NCBI RefSeq assembly: GCF_009914755.1
Contig: NC_060931.1
Length of the DNA stretch: 64,000 nucleotides
Direction: 5' to 3' (one strand)
DNA from: the human T2T-CHM13v2.0 reference genome, Homo sapiens
Shown here: positions 27,210 through 43,718 of the stretch, one piece after another
Layout of the letters: the number at the start of each line of letters is the position of its first letter
Position numbering within the stretch: position 1 is the stretch's first letter
Notes under the pieces: generated by a model
Seen by the model: only the letters and a program-made list of their open reading frames with translations
Told to the model about the DNA's origin: nothing
Database searches by the model: none
Made by a program: the position numbers and the translations under genes

Positions 27210-27817
27210 CATGTCAAGGAAGGACGGGCTGAGACCCTAGAGGTCTCAAGGCAAATGTGACACCCAGGAGAGGACACAGCAGGGGAAACAGTGGAGCCTC
27301 TGGTCAATAGGTCAACTTCACAGTTTGAGATAATGAAAGTACAGCAGCTCTTGCTTATGACAAAGTCCAGGAAAAGGCTTTCTACATAAAAAAGAAATAG
27401 GAAATCCAAGTCTATGTCTAGGGTGTTTCTTTATCACTGAATTTCTACTGACCTGTGATAAGTTTAAAAATTTTGAAAAATTATAAAGCAGCTTTGAATT
27501 GGGCTCAAAGATGCATAAAAAGATCAGTCATAAATACTGATGAGTGGACATAAAGATTTTTAAAAATGGTCTGATGTGATTTCAATTGTATAAGCAACCT
27601 GTTTAAAACATAGAGTGTCCTAAGAATGAACTGTAGACTACTGGAGGCACAGTTCCTAACAAATGAATCACATCACCCAACTGTGACAAGACTCACCTCT
27701 CCTACCAAGTGTTTTGTGTGAGCAATGCAAACTAATTCTGTTGGAGCAAGCCAAAATGTCACATAAGGGTTGTCCTTCCAGCTTCCCAGTGTCCCTCAAG
27801 AATATATGGTCTTTCTG

Positions 27818-28119
27818 GGCTAGTCGCGATGGCTCACGCCTGTAATCCCAGCACTTTGGGAGGCCAAGGCGGGCGGATCACGAGGTCAAGAGATCGAGAC
27901 CATCCTGGCTACCATGGTGAAACCCCGTCTCTACTAAAAATACAAAAAAAATTAGCCGGGCATGGTTGTGTGCGCCTGTAGTCCCAGCTACTCGGGAGGC
28001 TGAGGCAGGAGAATGGCGCGAACCCGGGAGGCGGAGCTTGCAGTGAGCCGAGAAGCGCCACTGCACTCCAGCCTGGGCAACAGAGCCAGACTCCGTCTCA
28101 AAAAAAAAAAAAAAAAAAA
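27818..28119 (+). mobile_element. AluY
   Basis: Y diagnostics (gagatcgagaccatcctggct, ggcggagcttgcagtgag), high CpG retention, long pure A tail, ~20-bp TSD aagaatatatggtctttctg(g) at 27798 and 28120. Confidence 0.95.
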
Positions 28120-28779
28120 AAGAATATATGGTCTTTCTGGAACACAATGAGCACACCAAATCAAGTTACAGATATTACAAGGAAAATCTGGCAGGCAGCC
28201 ATCTCAGCTTTGTTTCAACTGATGTCCATAAAAATATAGGCTAAGAAAACGGTAGCACGATGCCTGGTGATTGAGACCTAAGAGCATGCAACATGTTTAT
28301 TATGGCATGTATCAGGCCACAAACTTCAGTCTGGAGCTGGGGCACACAGCAGAACCTTAGTTCTAGTAGACAAGGGAGGAAAATAGGAAGGCATGCCTTG
28401 TACTGTAATAAATATGACTGCTCTCAGAAGACCATAAACAGGTGGTTTCATGAAAAAAAAAAAAGTCACCGCTTTTAGATTTAAAAAACATCAAATGCTT
28501 CAGGCTTGTTTGTATTAAAAAAATAGAAGGCCAGTACACACTCAGCTAATTATAGCATTTTTTATGAGGCTATGGCTGACTAAAATCTGGCAAAAATGAG
28601 TCCAACTGAAACACCAAGAGTGAGAGTTTGGGAGGATTAGGTGAGGTTTTGGAGTGGGAAGAAATGTGGGAAAGAGGAAGAAAGCTTTCATTAAGCAGCT
28701 CACATTCTGGTAGAAGGAGGAAAAAAAAGCATCCAGACTGATTTTATTTTCATTCAAAACAACCTCTTATTCCATACAT

Positions 28780-29750
28780 TTTTACTTTAAATCCCTGAAC
28801 ATGTTTATAATGGCTACTCTGAAGTCATTGTCTCTTAAATCCAACATCTGGGCTATCTCAGGAAAGATCTCTATTGACTGCTTTGTTTTGTCTAAGGGAA
28901 GATTTTCCTACTTCTTTCATGTTTAGTAATTTTTCATTATATATTAGACATTGTGATATCTGATCCATTCCTATGAAAATACTGAGTTTTGTCCTAGCAG
29001 GCAGTTCAATTTCATGCTGATCATGTTGAACTTGTATAGGTCTAGACTTATACTTTATTAGAATACATCTCTTAAAAGCCCAAAACGTTTCCCAAGACCC
29101 TTTAACTTGTCAGAACTCCAAATTCTGTCTCCTCTGACAATCTTATGTGGGTTTGGTTTTAGGGATCATTGGGGTGCTTTTAGAGCAAGTCATACCCTAG
29201 AGCAAAGTCCTTATTTCTAATTTGAAGTCTTTCTGGTATCTCAGTTGAATGACTAGGTGTCCACAAATTGTTTCTATACTGGCTGGGCTGGAGTGCAACA
29301 TGGTTTCTCTGTTCTAGTCTCACCCTTGTGGCAGCCACTCTTTGATTAAGACTCAAAGTCTTACCCCGAACATGAGCAACCCACCCTCAGCCATGGACTC
29401 ATGGAGGATCCTGATATAGATTTTTGGAAAGTCTTCACAGATCCCTCATCTTCACTTGCACCCCCTTTCTCTCCACACACATACACACACAGGCAGATTT
29501 CAGCAACTTTAGTTGTGCCGATTCTGACCTCTGCCTCCTCAGTTCAGCGAAGCTGCTGTGTTCTGCCTGGACTCTAGCTTACTCCATTGCAGTAAGGACA
29601 TTGTCCTCAGACAGCGAGGGCCAGGTAGGTGATCATGGGGCTCACCTCCTAAGCTTCCTTTCTTTCAGGGATCATGGTCTTGCACTACTTATTGTCTAGA
29701 GCCTGAAAACCATTATGTTGTACATTTGTCCAGTTGTTTATGGTGACAGA
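28780..29750 (-). mobile_element. Ancient L1M-type fragment
   Basis: T-rich degenerate sequence resembling antisense L1M 5'/ORF1 regions. Confidence 0.4.
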
Positions 29751-30596
29751 AATCATGATGGAAATTTAATTATTTAAATATTTTTATGCTGCATGCCATA
29801 TGAATGTTGAATAAAAGTTGCAATAACATTCCACATAGCTCTCTCAATGCAAATAGGCAGTAGCAGCTCCTTGTTTCACATCAAAGTGTCCCTAGAGTTC
29901 TTAGATCATTCATTCTTATTCTTTCATAAACAAATTCATTTATTCATTCAATAAATACTTATTGAGAGTCTTATATATGACAGACACTGTTCTGGGGGCA
30001 GAGACAGGATTCGAACCTAAACAGTCTGACTCCTGCTCCTATACTCTTAACCACTACATTGTTCTACTTCTCAAAGAGAGGAGAAATACATTGGAAATGT
30101 GGGAAAAACAGTGATAGTTTCTGAGCAAAAAACAGCTTGGTGTCTGAGCAGGTTATGAGTAGTTGGGAACACCACTAAAAGAGGCACAAGAGGAGAATTT
30201 GATTGAGTTAGACCATTAGGGCAAAATTTTGTCCTTGTTTTTCCCAGACGATGATGAGTAAAAAGAGTATTCTGCCTTTTGTATCAGAAAAAGAACAAAA
30301 AGCCATTCTGAATAAAAGGCTTCAGGGTTCCTCGGGGAAGTTGAGGAAGTAGGTGGAAGTGATATTACTCTAGTGATATTACAATTACCTCAAACTATAT
30401 ACACAACACTACTCCCATCAGATGCTTCAAGAAAAAGTGCTCTGGAATCAGGTACATATGAGAATTATATTACTCCTCTTGGAGACTTAAAATGCATATC
30501 AGCATAGCAGAGGATCTGATAAATCTTATGGTAAAGAAAACCATTTTATTTAACTCAAAATTTCCCAAACATAAAGACCACAGTACCCTATACTGT

Positions 30597-30713
30597 GAGT
30601 AAGTGTGTGAGGGCGTGAGGGTGTAGGGGTGTGTATGTGTGTGTGTTTTTTGGGGGGAGAAAGGCAGGGGAGAGGGGGAGAGAGAGAGGGACAGTGTGAG
30701 AGTGAGTGCATGT
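30597..30713. repeat. (TG)/(GA)-rich low-complexity tract
   Basis: Directly visible. Confidence 0.75.
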
Positions 30714-31110
30714 GAAACTGGTGAATATCCCTTGGAATTACTGTTCTATGAAACAGATTTTAGAATTTGCTATCTAATGTCAACAGCAAATACTAGGTTA
30801 AATAAAAATAATTTTTAGAGGTCGAGCCTACCATTACTGCACCAAGTAGTACAGGGAGTCCTACAAAGAGAACGAGAGTAGATCTGTAACTAAGTTATAA
30901 GAACATAGTATATTTTTGTTAAGTAGTAAATGAAAAGAATCGAGTATAAAAAGGTGCCAATTTGTGCCTAGGCATGACAATTCTTTACATCTTATACTAA
31001 ATGCTATATATATATTTTTAAGGTAAAGTTAATTTGGAAACTCCAATTTATGTTATTTTAATAAAAGCATATTTTGCAGAAAATACAGTATAATTAACAG
31101 GCGTGGCCAG

Positions 31111-31120
<10 letters not shown>

Positions 31121-31143
<23 letters not shown>

Positions 31144-31289
31144 AGAAACAGAGTCTTGTTCTATCACCCAGGCTGGAGTGCAGTGGCCCCATCATAGCTA
31201 ACTGTAGCCTTGAACTCCTGGGCTCAAGCAATCCTCTCATCTCAGCCTCCAAAACAGTTGAGATTACAGGTGTGAGCCACTGTGCCTAG
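31121..31289 (-). mobile_element. Monomeric Alu (FRAM/FAM-like)
   Basis: Single antisense arm with a long T tract. Confidence 0.85.
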
Positions 31290-34200
31290 GATCATATCTT
31301 TAAGTTATGTCAGTTATCCATTTCTGGGAAGCCAAAAGTTATTACTAAGCTATCTGAACTACTCTGACAATAATCTGAAAGAAACACCCAGGGACAGTCC
31401 CATGCTTCTCAGTAACCTTTTTATGGAGACTCACCTGCCTTTGCCCTGCAGCTCCCCGAATCCCCTGCCTCTCCCCTATCCCCTGCCTCATTGGTGAGTC
31501 ACGATGGAGAATAATTTCCTGGGTGCTATGCCCTTTCTTTCCTATCGATTGGAGATGCTAAGGTGTCCTTATCCATTACAGCTGAGGCCTGTTATGCTAG
31601 GGTTTGCCTTGCACAGTCAACCTAATTCAGTGGTAGCCATCTATCATATAGGAATTACTGGTTACCTCTCTCATAGAGTTTCCAGCTTCTTCAGTCTCCT
31701 ACTGTTTCATCTTATTGGGTTGCTAACCTCTAATTATCTAGGACATGGCAATTATTCTTATTTTTATGTCTGTTCCCTCTGCCCAGGTGTCCTACCCTAT
31801 TTTTCCAATATTAGATACTTTTTCAAATTCTCCTCTTACTTTTCTATCCTCTAATACTTAAGTTTTAACTCTGATATCCCAACAGGTCAAGCTACACAGT
31901 GGCTAGAGCCTAGAGCCTAACTGTGTAGGTTTGAACCCAATGCCCCACTGTGTACTATCATTTGCCTTTTTCATTCTCATTTTTTCACAGGTATACTGTG
32001 GGGTTTTCCAGAGGCTGTACGACACATAGCATTGCAGCAGATTGGACGCAAAATCCAAAATCTAGCTGATGTCCATTAAGTCATTAAAAAGCCCACTTTT
32101 AAGAAAATCATAGGTTTTTTTTCCTACCTGTAAATATCTATTATGTTCAACATATTATGTTCAAGAGTGTAGAGTAATTTTAAATAGGTATATAAAGGCA
32201 ACAATTTTTACTTAAGTGTTTTCTTCTTTTTTTTAATAATCCAAAAAGCTAGCTCCATTTTAAGGAACCTAACCCTCTGCTGATTGATTAGTCAATGTTA
32301 TTGCCAAAGAAAGTTTCATTTCAATTTTGAGATGCTCAAATGTCTATCAAGGTTGTTTAAACAGATATTTGAGCAGAAAAGTCGTCATTCTTTTCTGGTC
32401 TTCACTGCTCAGGAAAATTAGAGTTTATTTCCCCTGAGGGGAAATAAAAATCTCTTATTTGTATAAACATCATTTTTTTTAAAAGCACCATCTTCTGTCA
32501 TATTTAGCCTACTGTTGTCAAGCCGATTTTCTTTCACATGACTTAACCCTTATTACTATCATCTTGAATGCATACTGGCTTCATCTGAATTTTGATACTG
32601 CATGCTTCCTTTCTCTTACCAAAGGTCCCCAAGACTCCTTTTAGTTATCTTTCCACTATGGCCAGGCTAGTAGTTGTCTGTTGCTTGGCCCTCTCTTTCA
32701 TTTACTATGTTCCTACAAATACATATCCAAAGTTCCTACTGTGTGGTAACTTTATCCTCTGAAAGTGGCACTAGAAATCCTGTATGAGTGGAGGTATTAG
32801 TAACTTAGGCAACCTTCCACTCAATCTTTCTCTTCACTTAAAAATCATTCGTAAACTTACTGATCCACTATACATGTCTACTTCTCTCCCAGCTAGGATT
32901 TGATCTGTCAAATTCCATATTTTCTCAGGTTTGTAATTATAATGAGGTGCCCAGTTCAAGACCCATCTTCTCCAGATCTAACTTCTAATTTACAGTAAAT
33001 ACAGAAGACAGAGGAACCCATCAAATGACATCTAGAGGAAACAACCAAGAGAAAATCCAGAAGGTAGAAACATTCTGTGGGACAACAAGCCTATCTCTTC
33101 AACAAGTTATTGTCAATAAAAGGGACTGTGATTCCCTGAATTGGGATGCTAGACTAGACTGACCAGCTATAAAGAACATGTTTAGACCACCTGGAGAAAT
33201 CTGAATATTAGATTAGAAATCTGGGTATTAGATAAGATTTAAATTTAGTGAAATGGAAAAGTAGAGATGAATGACTAAAGAGTAGATTATGAAGTAGTAT
33301 GTACAGCTCTCGATTAAAAAATTATATATGTATTTTTATAAAATGATCTGAAAAATATGAGTTAAAGTTTTAGTAGCAGTGATACCTGGGTGGTGGGAAT
33401 GTGATGTTTTAATTTGTTTTTACATTTTTGTCAGACTATATTTTCTAATTTTCTATAATGCCTATAGACGGCTATAATAAAATGTTATTTTAAAAATTAC
33501 TCACTTTCTCCGAGATGACTTATCCAAGAAATTTCACACCCACTGATCATGCCCTGACTCTAGAATTCCAGCACATCCTACTGACAGTTTATGCCAAACC
33601 ACTGCACTTGATTCAAGTTCTCTGGTGGTTTTTGTATGTGGCCCCATCCCTATTCTTTGACTTCTTTTGTAGTCCCAAACCATGCTTGGCAAAATATTTG
33701 TTACTTTAGTGAGTATAACTCCTATATAGAGGAGGTTCCAAGATGGCCGAATAGGAACTGCTCCAGTCTGCAGCTCCCAGTGTGAGCGATGCAGAACATG
33801 GGTGATTTCTGCATTTCCAACTGAGGTACTGGGTTCATCTTACTGGGGCTTGCCAGACAGTGGGTGCAGCCCATGGAGCAGGGCGGGGCATCACCGCACC
33901 CAGGAAGTGCAAGAGGTAGGGGAATTCCCTTTCCTAGCAAAGGGAAGCCATGACAGATGGTACCTGGAAAATCGGGACACTCCCATCCTAATACTGCACT
34001 TTTCCAACAGCCTTGGCAACACAGCACACCAGGAGATTATATCCCGCGCATGGCTCAGAGGGTCCCACGCCCATGGAGCCTCACTCACTGCTAGCACAGC
34101 CATCTGAGATCGAACAGCAAGGCGGCAGCGAGGCTGGGGGAGGGGCGTCCGCCACTGCTGAGGCTTGAGTAGGTAAACAAAATGGCTAGGAAGCTCGAAC

Positions 34201-34720
34201 TCGGTGGAGGCCACCACAGCTCAAGGAGGTCCGCCTGCCTCTGTAGACTCCAACTCTGGGGACAGGGCATAGCTGAATAAAAGGCAGCAAAAACTTCTGC
34301 AGACTTAAACGTCCCTGTCTGACAGCTTTGAAGAGAGTAGTGGTTCTCCCGGCACGGAGTTTGAAATCTGAGAATGGACAGACTCCCTCCTCAAATGGGT
34401 CCCTGACCCCCGAGTATCCTAACTGGGAGACACCTTCCAGTAGGGGCCAAGTGACACCTCATACACCTCTGAGACGAAGCTTCCAGAGGAAGGATCAGGC
34501 AGCAACATCTGTCGTCCTGCAATATTTGCTGTTCTGCAGCCTCCGCTGGTGATACACAGGCAAACAGGGTCTGGAGAGGACCTCCAGCAAACTCCAACAG
34601 ACCTGCAGCTGAGGGTCCTGACTATTAGAAGGAAAACTAACAAACAGAAAGGACATCCACACCAAAACCCCATCTGTACGTCACCATTGTCAAAGACCAA
34701 AGATAGATAAAACCACAAAG

Positions 34721-35747
34721 ATGGGGAGAAACCAGAGCAGAAAAGCTGAAAATTCTAAAAATCAGAGCTCCTCTTCTCCTTCAAAGGAATGCAGCTCCTT
34801 GGCAGCAACGGAACAAAGCTGGATGGAGAATGACTTTGACGAGTTGAGAGAAGAAGGCTTCAGATGACCGGTAATAACAAACTTCTCCGAGCTAAAGGAG
34901 GATGTTCGAACCCATGGCAAAGAAGCTAAAACCCTTGAAAAAAGATCAGACTAATGGCTAACTAGAATAAATAGTGTAGAGAAAGCCTTAAATGACCTGA
35001 TGGAGCTGAAAACCATGGCACGAGAACTACGTGATGAATGCACAAGCTTCAGTAGCTGATTTGATCAACTGGAAGAAAGGGTATCAGTGATTGAAGATCA
35101 AATGAATGAAATGAAGTGAGAAGAGAAGTTTAGAGAAAAAAGAGTAAAAAGAAACAAACCAAAGCCTCCAAGAAATACAGGACTATGTGAAAAGACCAAA
35201 TCTACGTCTGATTGGTGTACCTGAAAATGACGGGGAGAATAGAACCAAACTGGAAAATACTCTGCAGGATATTATCCAGGAGAACTTCCCCAAACTACCA
35301 AGGCAGGCCAACATTCAAATTCAGGAAATACAGAGAACGCCACAAAGATACTCCTCGAGAAAAGCAACTCCAAGACACATGATTGTCAGATTCACAAAAG
35401 TTGAAATAAAGGAAAAAATAATAAGGGCAGCCAGAGAGAAAGGTCGGGTTACCCACAACGGGAAGCCCATCAGACTAACAGCTGATCTCTCAGCAGAAAC
35501 TCTGCAAGCCAGAAGAGAGTGGGGGCCAATATTTAACATTCTTAAAGAAAAGGATTTTCAACCCAGAATTTCATAGCCAGCCAAAGTAAGCTTCATAAGT
35601 GAAGGAGAAATAAAATCCTTTACAGACAAGCAAATGCTGAGAGATTTTGTCACCACCAGGCCTTCCTTACAAGAGCTCCTGAAGGAAGCACTAAACATGG
35701 AAAGGAACAACCAGTACCAGCCACTGCAAAAACATGCCAAATTGTAA
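34721..35747 (+). pseudogene. L1 ORF1 remnant
   Basis: ATG GGG AGA AAC at 34721 and TAA at 35745-35747, with multiple internal stops. The longest piece is the ORF-track 35187-35576 peptide (KRPNLRLIGVPE...). Confidence 0.92.
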
Positions 35748-36067
35748 AGACCATCAAGGCCAGGAAGAAACTGCATCAACTAACAAGCAAAATAACCAGC
35801 TAACATCATAACGACAGGATCAAATTCACACATAACAGTATTAACCTTAAATGTAAATGGGCTAAATGCTCCAATTAAAAGACACAGACTGGTAAATTGG
35901 ATTAAAAGTCAAGACCCATCAGTGTGTTGTATTCAGGAGACCCATCTCATGTGCAGAGACACACATAGGCTCAAAATAAAGGGATGGAGGAAGATCTACC
36001 AAGCAAATGGAAAAGAAAAAAGAAAAGCTGGGGTTGCAATCCTAGTCTCTGATAAAATAGACTTTAA

Positions 36068-39943
<3,876 letters not shown>

Positions 39944-40679
39944 GAACATGATTCTAATCTCTGTGGATGGTTGAATCATAATTCATTTAAACAATCCCTG
40001 TTGGATATTTAGGTTAGGTCTATTTTTTAGCATAAGTAAGGCTTTGACAACCAGCCTTTATACAAATCTGTACCCACATCTCTACATTTTCCCCCTTAGG
40101 TTAAATTGTAAATTTTTTTTTTTTTTTTTGAGACAGTGTCTCCCCCCATTACCCAGGCTGAAGTGCAGTGGTGCCATCGTAGCTCACTGCAGCCTCAAAC
40201 TCCTGGGCTCAAACCATCCTCCCGCTTTAGCCTCCCCGTGTAGCTGGGGATACAGGTGTACACTACCAAACCTGGCCAAAACTTTTAAATGTATCACCAA
40301 ATTGCCCTCCAAGTGAAGTTACACATATGTACACTCTCATGAGTGACATTTGAGTGGCTATTTCCCCATGATCTCTCCAACATCGGTTATTGTGATTTTT
40401 TAAAAGACCTTGCCAATGTCATAGGTAAAAAAAATAGCATATCATTGTTTGAATCTATTGTTATTTTCATTATACTGTTTTATTTCTGGTAGAATGTAAA
40501 ATTGCATACATACTATTTTTACAACTTTATAAAAATACATGGAACACGCATGTTTCAAGTGTGGAAAGAACAACAGAAAAATGTCAGTAGTTGTATGATG
40601 GGATTGTAATATAATTCTTTTATGTTGTAAATTTTTTAAATTAAAAAGAATCTCTGTAAAAAAAAAAAAAAAAAAAAAA
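39944..40679 (+). mobile_element. SVA 3' transduction (~714 bp of non-SVA, non-L1PA DNA) plus second poly(A)
   Basis: Lies between the SVA tail and a second A tract (40658-40680), with ATTAAA at 40640-40645. The TSD aagttcatatgg (38356-38367, 40680-40691) encloses both SVA and this segment. Confidence 0.92.
40113..40277 (-). mobile_element. Old Alu monomer (AluJ right arm/FRAM) carried inside the transduction
   Basis: T tract followed by gagacagtgtctc...cagcctcaaactcctgggctcaa. Confidence 0.85.
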
Positions 40680-43645
40680 AAGTTCATATGGAACCAAAAA
40701 AGAGCCTGCATTGCCAAGTCAATCCTAAGCCAAAACAACAAAGCTGGAGGCATCATGCTTCCTGACTTCAAACTATACTACAAGGCTACAGTAACCAAAA
40801 CAGCATGGTACTGGTACCAAAACAGAGATGTAGACCAAAGGAACAGAACAGAGCCCTCAGAAATAATACCACACATCTACAACCATCTGATCTTTGACAA
40901 ACCTGACAAATACAAGAAATGGGGAAAGGATTCCCTATTTAATAAATGGTGCTGGGAAAACTGGCTAGCCATATGTAGAAAGCTGAAATTGGATCCCTTC
41001 CTTATACCTTATACAAAAATTAATTCAAGATGGATTAAAGACTTAAATGTTAGACCTAAAACCATAAAAACCCTAGAAAGAAACCTAGGCAATAGCATTC
41101 AGGCCATAGGCATGGACAAGGACTTCATGACTAAAACACCAAAAGCAATGGCAACAAAAGTCAAAAATGGGATCTAATTAAACTAAAGAGCTTCTGCACA
41201 GCAAAAGAAACTACCGTCAGAGTGAACAGGCAACCTACAGAATGGGAGAAAATTTTTACAATCTACCCATCTGACAAAGGGCTAATATCCAGAATCTACA
41301 AAGAACTTAAACAAATTTACAAGAAAAAAATCAAACAACCCTATCAAAAAGTGGGCAAAGTGTATGAACAGACGCTTCTCAAAAGAAGACATTTATGCAG
41401 CCAACAGACACATGAAAAAATGCTCATCATCACTGGCCATCAGAGAAATGCAAATCAAAACCACAATGAGGTACCATCTCACACCAGTTAGAATGGCAAT
41501 CATCAAAAAGTCAGGAAACAACAGGTGCTGGAGAGGATGTGGAGAAATAGGAACACTTTTACACTGTTGGTGGGACTGTAAACTAGTTCAACCATTGTGG
41601 AAGACAGTGTGGCGATTCCTCAGGGATCTAGAACTAGAAATACCACTTGACCCAGCCATCCTATTACTGGGCATATACCCAAAGGTTTATAAATCATGCT
41701 GCTATAAAGACACATGCACATGTATGTTTATTGTGGCACTATTCACAATAGCAAAGACTTGGAACCAACCCAAATGTCCATCAGTGATAGACTGGATTAA
41801 GAAAATGTGGCACATATACACCATGGAATACTATGCAGCCATAAAAAAGGATGAGTTCATGTCCTTTGTAGAGACATGGATGAAGCTGGAAACCATCATT
41901 CTGAGCAAACTATTGCAAGGACAGAAAACCAAACACCGCATGTTCTCACTCATAGGTGGGAATTGAACAATGAGAACACTTGGACACAGGGTGGGGAACA
42001 TCACACACCAGGGCCTGTCGCGAGGTGGGGGGAGGTGAGAGGGATAGCATTAGGAGATACACCTAATGTAAATGACCAGTTAACGGGTGCAGCACACCAA
42101 CATGGCACATGTATACATATGTAACAAACCTGCACGTTGTGCACATGTACCCTAGAACTTAAAGTATAAAAAAAAAAAAGGAACTCCTATATAATTAGTA
42201 GGTACCTGCTGTCCAACATGGCTGACAATATAAATACAAATAATGAAGGTGAAAATTTCATAGATTCTTATTAGAATATGGCTTAGTATTACACAGATTT
42301 GTATATACATAGGTGACATATTTTACCCAAAGTGACAGCCACACTATTAGAAGTCCTATTCAATACCATAATTAATCTATATGCCTGTTCATCCTATTCT
42401 CCAATATTAGTAGGCCAATATTATTAGTTATATTAATTCATATAACTTCAATATATAATTAAAAATTTCAAAACCCTTGCTAATTACAGAAAACAATACT
42501 GGCTCTGTAAGAAACCCAGAAAAGTGTATGTCTTTATTTTCATTTGATGTAATTTTGAAGGCGTTCTATTTAACACATGTCAAATATTATTGGTAATGAA
42601 AAACTGGAGATATTCCATCTCACTTCTTGGGAAGGCTGATAAGCAAGAAATCCAAGGGAGGTATGGAAATAGATGTTTATGTCAATAAATCCTTTTAAAA
42701 ACATGTTTCATAGAAGAACCTGAAACTGAACAACAGGTGTCTCTAATTCACAGCACTATCTGGGCAAGAATCAATTAAGTTTTCTAAAAAGGCACTCAAA
42801 TGAAACAGTACAGGTAATTCATTCCCAGCTTTCCACTTCAGACCCTGAACCTCAACTCTGGTACCAAGAGACTAAAAACACTCCTCACCTTCTATAAAAA
42901 GACCTATCAATAGAAATTCATTCCCTGAATTATGAGCAGAGAGTTTCTCATTCTCATTAAAAACTAGTTTTGCTTTTACTTTGTCTTTTTTGCTTTGGGA
43001 CTGTGTGTTTTCTTAACCTAAGTTGATTTCAGTTTCTCTCCAAATATTACTGTCTCCCTAATTATTTGAGTTGGCTGAAACACTAAGTCCTCTTTTAGAC
43101 CTGATATATCAAGTTTGAAATGGTGCTCTGAAGTTGGGCTCACATGTTCAGTTTAAGTAAAAACTCAAGTTACTCTACAGCTGGGGTCAGTTGTTGAGAA
43201 TGTTTTTACTAAAAGATGAGCTGCTTCTAAATAACTTTCTGATATTAAATTATTTCAATTTATTATATTCTGATATTACAACAATGTTTTGAATTCATAA
43301 AGTACTTCTTCACCTCAGGATTTAAAAGGTTCACTCGAACATAAATCCATTAATCTCCCAAACTGCCCTATGAAGTCAAAAGAGCATATTCTAACTCTGC
43401 ATATAAAGTACTTCCAAAATGAGCTTATAAATCAGTCATGTTTGCAGCATATGCACAGAGCATTACAATTCAACTTCTCCCTAACAAAGAAACAAGAGCA
43501 TTCCATATACAGGTTGCTTTTAAATAGTTTCATGCAAATATTTTAAGACTGAAAACATTTTTCCACTCTGTTAAAAAAGATGTGTTTAAAAAGTCAATAA
43601 GCAGCAGATATAAGGTTGTTATAATAAATTCTGAAAATGGCTTAC

Positions 43646-43718
43646 CTATTTATGTAACTCAGGGCAACATAGGTTGGCTGCTGTAATTCTTGTTTTTCTA
43701 AAACCCGTGGATCTGTAT
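43646..43718 (-). CDS. JAZF1: JAZF1 coding exon 2 (73 bp; phase 1 in, phase 2 out)
   Basis: Minus strand reads gtgtttttattacag|ATACAGATCCACGG...TACATAAATAG|gtaagc, with canonical acceptor and donor. It translates as (D)TDPRVLEKQELQQPTYVALSYIN(R), which I recognise as the JAZF1 segment after the first C2H2 finger. Confidence 0.96.

Noticed and set aside
34081-34155. Canonical L1 ORF0
   Set aside because: The start is GTG and a TGA occurs after 24 codons, so it is not intact. The alternative frame is reported as a finding.
43646-43718. Single-exon circRNA from exon 2
   Set aside because: The exon is only 73 nt, and the nearest flanking Alus (40113, 49311) share the same orientation.
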